Shown here piece after piece: positions 38,510 through 46,853 of a DNA stretch of 64,000 bases; the stretch's first letter is position 1, and the number at the start of each line of letters is the position of its first letter. The stretch comes from Candidatus Aenigmatarchaeota archaeon (GTDB lineage: Archaea; Aenigmatarchaeota; Aenigmatarchaeia; QMZP01; QMZT01). The notes under the pieces were generated by a model. The model made no database searches. It saw nothing but the letters and a program-made list of their open reading frames with translations, and was not told the DNA's origin. A program made the position numbers and the translations under genes. Location of the stretch: positions 96,229-160,228 of the forward strand of contig CAVSBQ010000002.1 in assembly GCA_963726265.1 (NCBI GenBank), in the 5' to 3' direction.

Positions 38510-38728
38510 ATGCCTGCAGAAGAATTAAGACAGGAAAAAGTGGAAAAACCGGAGACGATGACGACAACGATAGAGGTCGAAAAAGACCTGTTTCTCAGGT
38601 TCAAGGCGTTCTGCGTCCTCAACGAGATGACGATCTCCGGCGAGATAGAGAAGCTGCTGAGGAAGCGAGTCGAGCAGATGGCCAACAAGAGCGAGTCGAC
38701 GATAGTCACTAAAGAAGCAAAAGAGTAA
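38510..38728 (+). CDS. ribbon-helix-helix DNA-binding protein
   Basis: TTTIEVEKDLFLRFKAFCVLNEMTISGEIEKLLRK fits the beta-alpha-alpha RHH pattern. Confidence 0.75.
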   Translation: MPAEELRQEKVEKPETMTTTIEVEKDLFLRFKAFCVLNEMTISGEIEKLLRKRVEQMANKSESTIVTKEAKE

Positions 38729-38776
38729 TCTGATTCAGCAAACATTTACTTTTCTTTTATTTGCAGGTATCCAAAT

Positions 38777-39517
38777 ATGAAATATGGGAGAATGAGGCTT
38801 AATCGCTACCAGTTAAAAAGTATTGAAAACTTAACTAAAGATGGCAAATCTCTGCAGCACATATCAAATATCACCGGCATAAAAAAGACGACTATTTACT
38901 ACCACACCCGAAAACTCAAAGGAAAAAGTATACAGATGCCTATCATAAGATTCGATTCGGATGAAAAGCTGGGAGAAGCCATCGGTATATTTACAGGCGA
39001 CGGTAGTTTATATTTTGAGCCAGGAAGATATCACTATCAGGTTAGGGTGCATTTCGGTATAAAAAACCTGAATTATTTGAATCATGTTAAAGATTTATTT
39101 GATGCGTCATTTGGTAAAAAATTTCTTATAAAAATGGATGGCCCTAGAAAATTTGTTTTACAGATATATTCAAAGGAAATATTTGCTTTTTTCCATGATT
39201 TTCTCGATTTCGAAAGCCGAGATAAATCAAAAAGTGTGAGTTTGAAAGAGAAATTTTTGAAAAACGAGGTCTTTGCCAAAGGTTTTCTAAGAGGTTTGCT
39301 TGACACGGATGGTACGATATCGAAAACCAAGAACGGTATAAAAATAGCCTTTTATACTTCCTCTCACAAACTAGCTCAACAGATATCGTTTTTATTGAAA
39401 ATGTTTGAAATAAGACATGGTATAACATCATCCAGAAAAGGCCAATATAATGTTTATATATTGAAAAAGGATAACAATAGAATCGTCAAACTACTAAAAC
39501 CATTTAAGGGCCGGTAG
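38777..39517 (+). CDS. free-standing double-motif LAGLIDADG endonuclease-like protein with N-terminal HTH
   Basis: GKSLQHISNITGIKKTTIYYH (HTH); EAIGIFTGDGS and GFLRGLLDTDGT; markedly AT-rich; stop codon lies inside the tRNA. Confidence 0.88.
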   Translation: MKYGRMRLNRYQLKSIENLTKDGKSLQHISNITGIKKTTIYYHTRKLKGKSIQMPIIRFDSDEKLGEAIGIFTGDGSLYFEPGRYHYQVRVHFGIKNLNYLNHVKDLFDASFGKKFLIKMDGPRKFVLQIYSKEIFAFFHDFLDFESRDKSKSVSLKEKFLKNEVFAKGFLRGLLDTDGTISKTKNGIKIAFYTSSHKLAQQISFLLKMFEIRHGITSSRKGQYNVYILKKDNNRIVKLLKPFKGR

Positions 39518-39617
39518 ATCAGCGGTAGATCGCCACCTTGGCATGGTGGAGAAACCTTGTTTCTGCAGAAAGGAAACATGGTTCCATAAGCCTCGGGTTC
39601 AAATCCCGACCGGTCCA
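39508..39617 (+). tRNA. tRNA-Ala(GGC) with 38-nt intron at position 45/46
   Basis: Acceptor GGGCCGG/CCGGTCC with G3:U70, D arm GATC/GATC, anticodon arm CCACC-TTGGCAT-GGTGG, T arm TCGGG-TTCAAAT-CCCGA. Removing 39552-39589 restores variable loop AGGCC. CCA is not encoded. Confidence 0.95.
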
Positions 39618-39688
39618 TTGCTATTTTTTCATCTGGGATGAAATAGAATAAACAATAAAAAAAAGATTGAACTCAAATGCCCAAAGCC

Positions 39689-39739
39689 TTAGCAGCATGA
39701 GCAACCGGAACTTGCCTTCTTGGACTTTTTCTTGACCAT
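39689..39739 (-). CDS. candidate 16-aa microprotein MVKKKSKKASSGCSCC
   Basis: TATA-like TTTTTAAG starting about 29 nt before the ATG (leaderless spacing) and a T-rich tract after the stop. Confidence 0.45.
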   Translation of the reverse strand: MVKKKSKKASSGCSCC

Positions 39740-39807
39740 GAAAATATTGCGCGTGAGCGTCTTAAAAAGATTGCCTTCGGATTCCGAACTTACGGTCTAC
39801 CTGCTGT

Positions 39808-41952
39808 CTACCTGCCGAAGCTTCCAAGCAGGGAAATCACGGCTTCGACCGCGGAGTTGAGCATCCCGAGCAGCTTCTCCAGAAAGTTCTTCTCGCTGAA
39901 TTCGATGGTTGCGGTGGTCGTGTGGGGATTGCCGGCGACGTCGTAGCAGCTGATTTCAAGCGGGTATTCGCCAGGCGCGAGCGCGAAACCGACTTCTTTC
40001 TTGCCGAAAACTTCGTCGAATGCCTGCTTAGCGTCTCCGATAGTGATGGTTACATTTTTAATGGCGGATTTCTTCACGTAGAGCGTGAGCTTCGCTTCTC
40101 CTTCGGCGTAATCCGTATCGTAATAGATGAGCGGCTCGTCGTAAACCTCGATTACCCTCGTTTCCGAAAGGTTCAGGCCGGCTGCGGCAATCTCGAACCT
40201 GACCGCCTTCGAACCTGCTGAGGCGAAAGAAACGGGGAGCGAGACGAAATAGCGGTTCTTAAGCATGAAGTTCGCCAGGTTATCCGTGCCGTCGACGTTA
40301 AGGTTGAAATGCACACTCTCCTCGGCCGCGCCTTTGTTGACGATGTAGGCGGACACGTTCTTCCGCTCGCCCGCCTTCAGGTATGCGGGCGCGGTGACGT
40401 TTTCCATGAATATTCTAAGGTCTGATTTGACCGTAAACGGAAGCGTGAGGACTTCTCCTTCGGAAGTGTATACCACAACATCGTTCACGCCCGTCGCTCC
40501 AGGCACGAAAGAGAAGACGGTCTGGAAATCGCCGGAGGCGTCGAATTCCTCTTTCAGGTCGCCCGCCAGGATGCCAAGCTTCGCCTGGCCGCCTGCTCCC
40601 GCGACTGATATATAAACCTTTTGCTCGTTGCCGAGCATCACGACGTCGGAATAGAGCCGCGCGGACAGCTTCTGTCCGCTGCGCGCGCTGTACTGGGTAT
40701 TGACCGTCGCGTCGACCGTCTTGAACGTGAGAGACCTCGAGTTCAGGGTGAGCGGGCAGGTGAACAGCAGGTTCTTCGGCAGGTCGGGATTGATTTTTAT
40801 TTCCCAGTAGATCTGCTCCTTTTCGCCCGGCCTCAGGATGACCTTCTTTTCCTTGTCCTCGACCTCGACGACGGCGTAATCGCCCGAGCATGGCTCGAGC
40901 ACAAGCCGGCCGACTATGAATTCGCCTGGCACCAGGGTTAGGGCCACGATGCCTGCGTCGCCTTTCCTGAACCCGCCGCTGGAGATGGTGAGGTTATAAT
41001 CCGCCTCTTTTTCGACATCGGAAAATGAAAGCGTGGAAATGTTTATCTTGTCGACGGTGAATCTCGGCTTTTCGGTCATGCCGTAGCCGTAGGCGACGAC
41101 GCTGTTGCCGAACCTGTTGTCCGTGTTCTCGCCGAACTTTATGTGCGCTGCATCGATGTAGCCTATCTCAAGCCACAGCGGGTCCACTGGAACCCATTTG
41201 CCGAGATACGCTTCGGCATACGCATGGCTCTCCCAGCCGCGCTCGCCGTAGGAATAGCCAGACACGAACTTCGCCGGTATGCCTATCGAACGCGCGAAGG
41301 CGATGAACAGCGTCGTGTATTCCGCGCACACGCCCTTCCTTCCCTCGAGGATGGACAGCGCGTCAAGCCGTTTCCCCGCGTAGGCAAGGTCGTAGTTGAG
41401 GTGGTCGTGGACCCATATCGCGAGCTTCGCCACCTTCTCGAAGTCGTCCTTAGAGTCCTGCGTTATCTCCTGCGCGAGGCTGCGGATTCCGGCGTCCGAC
41501 GACTGGATGCGCTCCGTGGGCTGCAGGTAAATTTCCACGTCGTCAGGTATGGCATACGATCCGGGCAGGTAAACCAGATGATTAGCCCTGGATTTCACGG
41601 TGCTCGGAATGCTGTAGGAAAAGGCGTTGCCGGGGTTGTCCTTCTCTATGAATCCCGTCTCGGTCCCGAACTCGTCCTTCACCTTTTCGACGTTTATGCT
41701 GACGTCCTGCCTTTCGTCGTCCTGCGGGATCTCGAGGCTTATCTCGAACCTGGTCGGGTTGCCGTTTATGCTCACGGTGCCTTCCTGCAGGATGCTGAGC
41801 ATGAGCTCGTTGACGCCGGCGGGGTTGCGCAGGACGTTGTCCTCTATGCCCTTCGCTTCCGCACGAGGAACCGCAAACCAGAAAACTGAAAAAACGGAAA
41901 GAAATAGAAGCAGAAAAACCAGCGGTCTGGGACTCCGCCACATGCCACTCAT
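39808..41952 (-). CDS. secreted transglutaminase-like domain protein with Ig-like C-terminal domains
   Basis: Signal peptide; GVCAEYTTLFIAFARSIGIPA, HAYAEAY, WVPVDP (Cys-His-Asp triad); ATGA overlap with the scpA stop. Confidence 0.88.
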   Translation of the reverse strand: MSGMWRSPRPLVFLLLFLSVFSVFWFAVPRAEAKGIEDNVLRNPAGVNELMLSILQEGTVSINGNPTRFEISLEIPQDDERQDVSINVEKVKDEFGTETGFIEKDNPGNAFSYSIPSTVKSRANHLVYLPGSYAIPDDVEIYLQPTERIQSSDAGIRSLAQEITQDSKDDFEKVAKLAIWVHDHLNYDLAYAGKRLDALSILEGRKGVCAEYTTLFIAFARSIGIPAKFVSGYSYGERGWESHAYAEAYLGKWVPVDPLWLEIGYIDAAHIKFGENTDNRFGNSVVAYGYGMTEKPRFTVDKINISTLSFSDVEKEADYNLTISSGGFRKGDAGIVALTLVPGEFIVGRLVLEPCSGDYAVVEVEDKEKKVILRPGEKEQIYWEIKINPDLPKNLLFTCPLTLNSRSLTFKTVDATVNTQYSARSGQKLSARLYSDVVMLGNEQKVYISVAGAGGQAKLGILAGDLKEEFDASGDFQTVFSFVPGATGVNDVVVYTSEGEVLTLPFTVKSDLRIFMENVTAPAYLKAGERKNVSAYIVNKGAAEESVHFNLNVDGTDNLANFMLKNRYFVSLPVSFASAGSKAVRFEIAAAGLNLSETRVIEVYDEPLIYYDTDYAEGEAKLTLYVKKSAIKNVTITIGDAKQAFDEVFGKKEVGFALAPGEYPLEISCYDVAGNPHTTTATIEFSEKNFLEKLLGMLNSAVEAVISLLGSFGR

Positions 41953-42692
41953 CCCTTGTCCTTCTTTTCGTCCCTTCTGCTGACCCATATCTCATCGAAC
42001 ATTTCTTCCTGGCGGGCGGTGACTTTCTTCTGCTGCTCCAGGTGGACGAGGGGCACGAAGTTGTTGACCACGTTCTCGCGGTCCCAGGTGCCGACCAGCT
42101 CGGAGAATTCGACTTCCTTCTTCCTGACCCTCGACAGCAGGGAATTTATCCTCGAGTAAAGGTTCTTTATCCTCTCGTTTATGTTCTCGCCCGAGATTTC
42201 TATGTCATTCCTCAGCTTCTCGCTCCTGAACTCCCTTCTCTCGTGCGCGTTCATGACCTTCCTAAGCGCCTTCACGAGTTCGCCTATGACCACGCCTCGA
42301 ACAGGCTCCCTCCTGGGCGGGATGGTGAGCGGGTTTATCTGGAACTGCTCGCCGTCGCTTACAACCGCCTGCTGGAATTCCTCCTGCATCTGCTGCTCCG
42401 CCTCGCCGGTCACCTGCTCCTTGAAGGCGCGGAGATAGTCGGATTTCATCTTGAGCAGTATGGCCGCCACCATGATATACTTGGCGGGCATGCGGAAGTC
42501 CATCTCCTTCATTTTGTGCAGGTAAACCAGAAAGCCTTCGGAAAGCTTGCAAACGTCGAGGTCCCATGGGTTCAGGCCCTCCCATGCGACAATCTCGTAT
42601 ATGATCTGTTCCCACGTGTAATCTGACCTGATGAAATCCAGAATCTTGTTTTCGTCAAGCATTGTAATCAACATGCGAAACCCGCTTTTCAC
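41949..42692 (-). CDS. scpA: segregation and condensation protein A (kleisin)
   Basis: LNPWDLDV..L...FL, AAILLKMKS, ELVKAL, FVPLVHL...V...QEEMFDEI; start may be 42662. Confidence 0.85.
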   Translation of the reverse strand: MKSGFRMLITMLDENKILDFIRSDYTWEQIIYEIVAWEGLNPWDLDVCKLSEGFLVYLHKMKEMDFRMPAKYIMVAAILLKMKSDYLRAFKEQVTGEAEQQMQEEFQQAVVSDGEQFQINPLTIPPRREPVRGVVIGELVKALRKVMNAHERREFRSEKLRNDIEISGENINERIKNLYSRINSLLSRVRKKEVEFSELVGTWDRENVVNNFVPLVHLEQQKKVTARQEEMFDEIWVSRRDEKKDKG

Positions 42693-42748
42693 GGGCTCCT
42701 CATGTTTATTATTAATATTACAGCATGCTTATTAAGATTGGATTCCGT

Positions 42749-43012
42749 TTATAATCGCTTTTCCGCGAGCTCGTAAATTCTTACGTTTTTTATCCTTCCT
42801 TCCTTTTTGAAACCCGAGAATTCTTTATTATCATTCAACTGCTCAGGTTTTCTTAGAAGATAGAATCTTATGTCCTTTGGCTTGTCTAAGATAATCATCG
42901 CAATATGTGCCTTTTTATTTTTCTCTATATCCTGCACCACATACTTTAATGCGGCCTGAAAGCCCCTTCTGAGGGGGTCATTTACCCTGATTTTTGTTTT
43001 GCTTAGTTCCAT
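42749..43012 (-). CDS. hypothetical protein (AT-rich ORFan)
   Basis: ORF filling the gap; likely start MELSKTK. Confidence 0.5.
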   Translation of the reverse strand: MELSKTKIRVNDPLRRGFQAALKYVVQDIEKNKKAHIAMIILDKPKDIRFYLLRKPEQLNDNKEFSGFKKEGRIKNVRIYELAEKRL

Positions 43013-43129
43013 GTCTAATATTTCGAGCCAAATTATAAAAGTCCTCTCACGTCCTAATTGCGCTAATCGCGCCAAACCTATAAAAACCTGGACGGACAAC
43101 ATTAAAGATAACAGTTTCTGGGGTGTGCT

Positions 43130-43525
43130 ATGGCAAAGGCTGCGAGAAAGGTTTCGAAAGCTTCAAGGGCTTCGAAGGTTTCGAAAGTTTCAAAATCAGC
43201 TAGCTCAGCGGGCGCTGGGACGGGAAAGCTCACGAAGGACGGTATCCTGAAAGTCCTGAGGAACGTGATCGACCCTGAAATAGGGCTGAACATCGTCGAC
43301 CTGGGCTTCATATACGGCGTCGACGTGAAGGGAGCGAACGTGCGCATTCGAATGACGCTCACCAATCCCGGTTGTCCCATGCACTCGATGTTCACCCACG
43401 AAGTCGAGGCAGCGCTGAAGATGGCGTTCGATAAAGTGAACGTGGACGTGGAGCTGGTTTTCGACCCTCCGTGGTCGCCTGAGAAGATGAGCAAGGATGC
43501 AAGAAAAAAGCTCGGCATTAAGTAA
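43130..43525 (+). CDS. DUF59/SufT/MIP18 Fe-S assembly protein
   Basis: VIDPEIGLNIVDLGFIY, MTLTNPGCP, VFDPPWSPEKMS. Confidence 0.92.
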   Translation: MAKAARKVSKASRASKVSKVSKSASSAGAGTGKLTKDGILKVLRNVIDPEIGLNIVDLGFIYGVDVKGANVRIRMTLTNPGCPMHSMFTHEVEAALKMAFDKVNVDVELVFDPPWSPEKMSKDARKKLGIK

Positions 43526-44249
43526 GAAAGTCGAAAGCATAATACTCGGCAGAACGAAGGACAGGCTTGTCGACGTCGTATACAGGGCTGACAACGCCGA
43601 CGACTTCGCCGGCATCGCGCGCGACAAGCTCAATTATTTTTACGAGAACCTGCTCTTCTCCGCGCTCGACCTGGGCGTGAAAAAGGGGCAGGCGCTTGAT
43701 TTAGGAACGCAGTTCGGCCTGTGCGCGCTCGCGCTCGCCAGGCAGGATTACGCCTTCGGTATCACCAGCATGCAGGACAGCGTGAAGCTCGTTGCGCTTG
43801 CGAGGCGGTTCGCCGAGAAGGACATGGTCGAGGAAAAAATCAGATGGCTCGTGGGAAGGCAGGATGCGCTGCCCTTCGATGACCACACGTTCGACCTGGT
43901 CATAAGCGGCTTCGACATGCACCACTGGGAAAACCCCGTCGCCGCGTTCAACGAGATAGAGCGCGTGACCAAGACGAACGGCGCAATCCTCATCGCCGAC
44001 CTGCGGCGCGACGCCTTCAGCGCCATGGCGCCGATTGTGAAGGCGATATCCATGCTCGCGAAGAAGGGAAGGCTTTACGATGAGATGAAGCATTCCTTCC
44101 GAGCTTCGTACAGCAGGAGCGAGGTGGCCGAGCTGCTTGGCAACTCGGGTTTAAAGAACTGCGAGACGTCGAAGGACGCCCAGTTCGTTTACGTGACGAG
44201 AAGACGGGAAAGCAAGAAACACGTGGTGGTGGAGTTTTCCCGGCAGTAA
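43497..44249 (+). CDS. class I SAM-dependent methyltransferase (degenerate motif I)
   Basis: ALDLGTQFG, LPFDDHTFDLVIS, MHHW, EIERV, IADLRR. Confidence 0.8.
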   Translation: MQEKSSALSKKVESIILGRTKDRLVDVVYRADNADDFAGIARDKLNYFYENLLFSALDLGVKKGQALDLGTQFGLCALALARQDYAFGITSMQDSVKLVALARRFAEKDMVEEKIRWLVGRQDALPFDDHTFDLVISGFDMHHWENPVAAFNEIERVTKTNGAILIADLRRDAFSAMAPIVKAISMLAKKGRLYDEMKHSFRASYSRSEVAELLGNSGLKNCETSKDAQFVYVTRRRESKKHVVVEFSRQ

Positions 44250-44329
44250 AGCTTAAAAGTCCTCATACGATATATTACATCATCATACTTTTCAGAAATC
44301 GCGCAAATCCGCGCAAAAGGTGCTGCTGT

Positions 44330-45535
44330 ATGGAATTTCCTTCGATAAGAGACGTCGACGTTGAGGGGAAGACCGTAATCATGAGGGTCGACTATAACCT
44401 TCCCCTGGACGAAAACGGCAGGGTTACGGACCACACCCGGATAAGCACGACGCTGAAGACTCTTTATTACATAATAAACAACGGCGGCAAGGTCGTTCTA
44501 ATTTCGCATCTCGGCAGGCCGAAGGCCAGAGAGGCGCACCTGAAAATGAACGTCGTCGCCGAGAGGCTTTCCGACATTATCGGCGTTCCCGTGAAGAAGA
44601 TGGACCACTGCGACGGAGCGGAGGTCGAGGCATGCATAAGGAAGATGCAGCCTGGCGACGTCGTGATTCTCGAGAACGTCAGGTTCCACCCGGAGGAAAC
44701 GGAAAAGAACGAGGCTGCCAGAGAAGCCTTCGCTAAACGCCTCGCAAAGCTCGGCGACATCTACGTAAACGAAGCGTTTGCCGCGTCCCACCGCAACCAC
44801 GCTTCGATAACCGGCATACCCAAGTTCATACCGGGCTACTGCGGCCTGAGCTTCCTCAGGGAAGTCAACATGATAAACAGCATAGTGAAGAACCCCGAAA
44901 AACCCTATGTCGCGATAATAGGCGGCGCCAAGGAGGACAAGATGCTGTGCATCGAGAGCCTGCTGCCGAAAGTCGACCGCATACTCATGGGTGGCGTGAT
45001 AGGCAACACCTTCCTTAAAGCGAAGGGGTATGAGATAGGCGACTCGAAATACAACGAAGCGCTTGTCGAGAAGGCGAAGCTCGTGCTGGAAAAGGCGAAG
45101 GGTAAGATAATGCTCCCGGAAGACGTGATGGTCGACAACAGCGGCGAGGCGGAGCCATTCCCCGTGTCCGAGGTCAGGAAGGGGATGAAGATAATGGACA
45201 TCGGACCGGAGACGATAGTCAACTACAAGAACATCCTCAGGCCCGCGAAAACGGTCGTGTGGACAGGCCCGATGGGCGTGTTCGAGAAGAAGCCGTTCGA
45301 GAAAGGAACGCTCTACATCGCGACCTTCATCTCGGGCCTCGACGCCAAGACGCTCGTCGGCGGCGGGGACAGCATATCCGCCATGAAGAAGCTCAACCTG
45401 ATGGAGAGGATGACGCACATCTCGACGGGCGGCGGCGCTTTCGCGGATTTCATAACGAAAGACGCTTTCCCCGGAATCGAGGCGGTGAAGGCGTCGTACA
45501 GGCATCATATTAATCTTCTGGAAATGAAGGGATAA
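44330..45535 (+). CDS. pgk: phosphoglycerate kinase
   Basis: RVDYNLP, SHLGRP, LENVRF, GGAK, GPMGVFE, GGGDS, HISTGGGA. Confidence 0.97.
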   Translation: MEFPSIRDVDVEGKTVIMRVDYNLPLDENGRVTDHTRISTTLKTLYYIINNGGKVVLISHLGRPKAREAHLKMNVVAERLSDIIGVPVKKMDHCDGAEVEACIRKMQPGDVVILENVRFHPEETEKNEAAREAFAKRLAKLGDIYVNEAFAASHRNHASITGIPKFIPGYCGLSFLREVNMINSIVKNPEKPYVAIIGGAKEDKMLCIESLLPKVDRILMGGVIGNTFLKAKGYEIGDSKYNEALVEKAKLVLEKAKGKIMLPEDVMVDNSGEAEPFPVSEVRKGMKIMDIGPETIVNYKNILRPAKTVVWTGPMGVFEKKPFEKGTLYIATFISGLDAKTLVGGGDSISAMKKLNLMERMTHISTGGGAFADFITKDAFPGIEAVKASYRHHINLLEMKG

Positions 45536-45567
45536 TTTCAGTTATATGTTATATGGGAGTGTGGATT

Positions 45568-46620
45568 ATGACTGTCAAGGTCGCTGTCAACGGGCCCGGA
45601 AGAATCGGGCGCAATTTCATCTGGTCATGGGCGGAGAGGAAAAAAGCGGGCAAAACAAACCTCGAGCTTGTCGCGGTGAACGGCGTGCGCGGCGTGGAGG
45701 ATGACAAAGGCGTCGAATTCTTCGCCGAGCTGCTGAAATTCGATTCGACGCACGGCCACCATTTCGAGGAGCTGCGCTGCGGACGAGAAGCGGATGGAAC
45801 GCCATGGGTGGAAGTCGAGGGCCATAAGGTTCATCTTTACAACAACCGCGGCGACCTTTCCACGCTGCCGTGGAAGAAGCATGATGTCGACGTCGTCATA
45901 GAATCGACCGGCCTCTTCAGGAAGCGCAAGGAAGTTGAAGGCCACATCAAGGCTGGCGCGCGCAAGGTGATAATCTCCGCGCCAGGCAAGGATGGCATCG
46001 ACACTTCCATCGTGCTGGGGGTGACGGACAAAATCCCCGAGCACGAGACGATAATAGACTGCGCATCCTGCACTACCAACGCCATCGCGTCAGTCACCAA
46101 AATCGTGAATGACAACTGGGGCATAGAAAGAGGGTATGTCATAACCGTCCATGCCCCGACGGAGGACCAGAGCATCTTCGATGGCAGCCACAAGGATATC
46201 CGCAGGGCGCGCTCGCTCATCAACAACATAATCCCGACCTCGACTGGCGCGGCCAAAGCGGTCGCGAAAATCATCCCCGAACTGAAGGGAAAGATGGACG
46301 CCGTTTCCATGCGCGTTCCCGGAGCGATGACGGGCTCGATAGTCGGGCTCATTGCGGACGTCAGAAAGGAAACCAGCAGGGAAGATGTCAACAGGATTAT
46401 AGAAAAGGAATGCGGCGGGCCGCTGAAAGGTGTTCTCGCATGCACGGACAAGGAAATCGTTTCGTCCTACATAATCGGCCGCAAGGAATCTGGAATCGTC
46501 GACCTGCCGCTCACCAACGTCATCGACAAGAGGCAGATAGTGGTCTGGTCCTGGTATGACAACGAGCGCGGCTACGCGAACAGGCTCGTCGACGTCGCGG
46601 AGATGTTCGGGAAGAAATAA
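45568..46620 (+). CDS. gap: class I glyceraldehyde-3-phosphate dehydrogenase
   Basis: NGPGRIGR, ESTG, ISAPG, ASCTTN, IIPTSTGAAKA, WYDNE. Confidence 0.93.
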   Translation: MTVKVAVNGPGRIGRNFIWSWAERKKAGKTNLELVAVNGVRGVEDDKGVEFFAELLKFDSTHGHHFEELRCGREADGTPWVEVEGHKVHLYNNRGDLSTLPWKKHDVDVVIESTGLFRKRKEVEGHIKAGARKVIISAPGKDGIDTSIVLGVTDKIPEHETIIDCASCTTNAIASVTKIVNDNWGIERGYVITVHAPTEDQSIFDGSHKDIRRARSLINNIIPTSTGAAKAVAKIIPELKGKMDAVSMRVPGAMTGSIVGLIADVRKETSREDVNRIIEKECGGPLKGVLACTDKEIVSSYIIGRKESGIVDLPLTNVIDKRQIVVWSWYDNERGYANRLVDVAEMFGKK

Positions 46621-46637
46621 GCGAGGAAGTGATAAGC

Positions 46638-46724
46638 ATGAGCAAAACAAACAAGAAACTTGATGCGAAGCGTCTGTCAAGGCGGAATAAGTATCCGATG
46701 CAGCATAAGGGCGGGAAAGCATAA
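46638..46724 (+). CDS. candidate 28-aa basic peptide MSKTNKKLDAKRLSRRNKYPMQHKGGKA
   Basis: SD-like GAGGAAGTGA, ATG 17 nt after the gap stop, followed by a pyrimidine tract. Confidence 0.35.
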   Translation: MSKTNKKLDAKRLSRRNKYPMQHKGGKA

Positions 46725-46853
46725 CCATCTCCAAGCTTGGCTTTTCTTCTTCGGTCATGGTTGTTTCATTCGGGTTATTAAGTTCTGCCTCTGTTTTTCA
46801 GAAACAAACGAAAGGCTTTTTAGTAGGAAAAGCAAGAGATAGAAGAGATAGCT

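Noticed and set aside
38777-39517. Intein or intron-encoded endonuclease
   Set aside because: No host-gene halves, no intein N-terminal Cys/Ser block or C-terminal His-Asn, and no tRNA or rRNA exon upstream.
46090-46758. 222-aa minus-strand ORF antisense to gap
   Set aside because: Mostly overlaps GAPDH in antisense with no recognisable motifs; typical high-GC3 shadow frame, as are most long antisense ORFs in the track.
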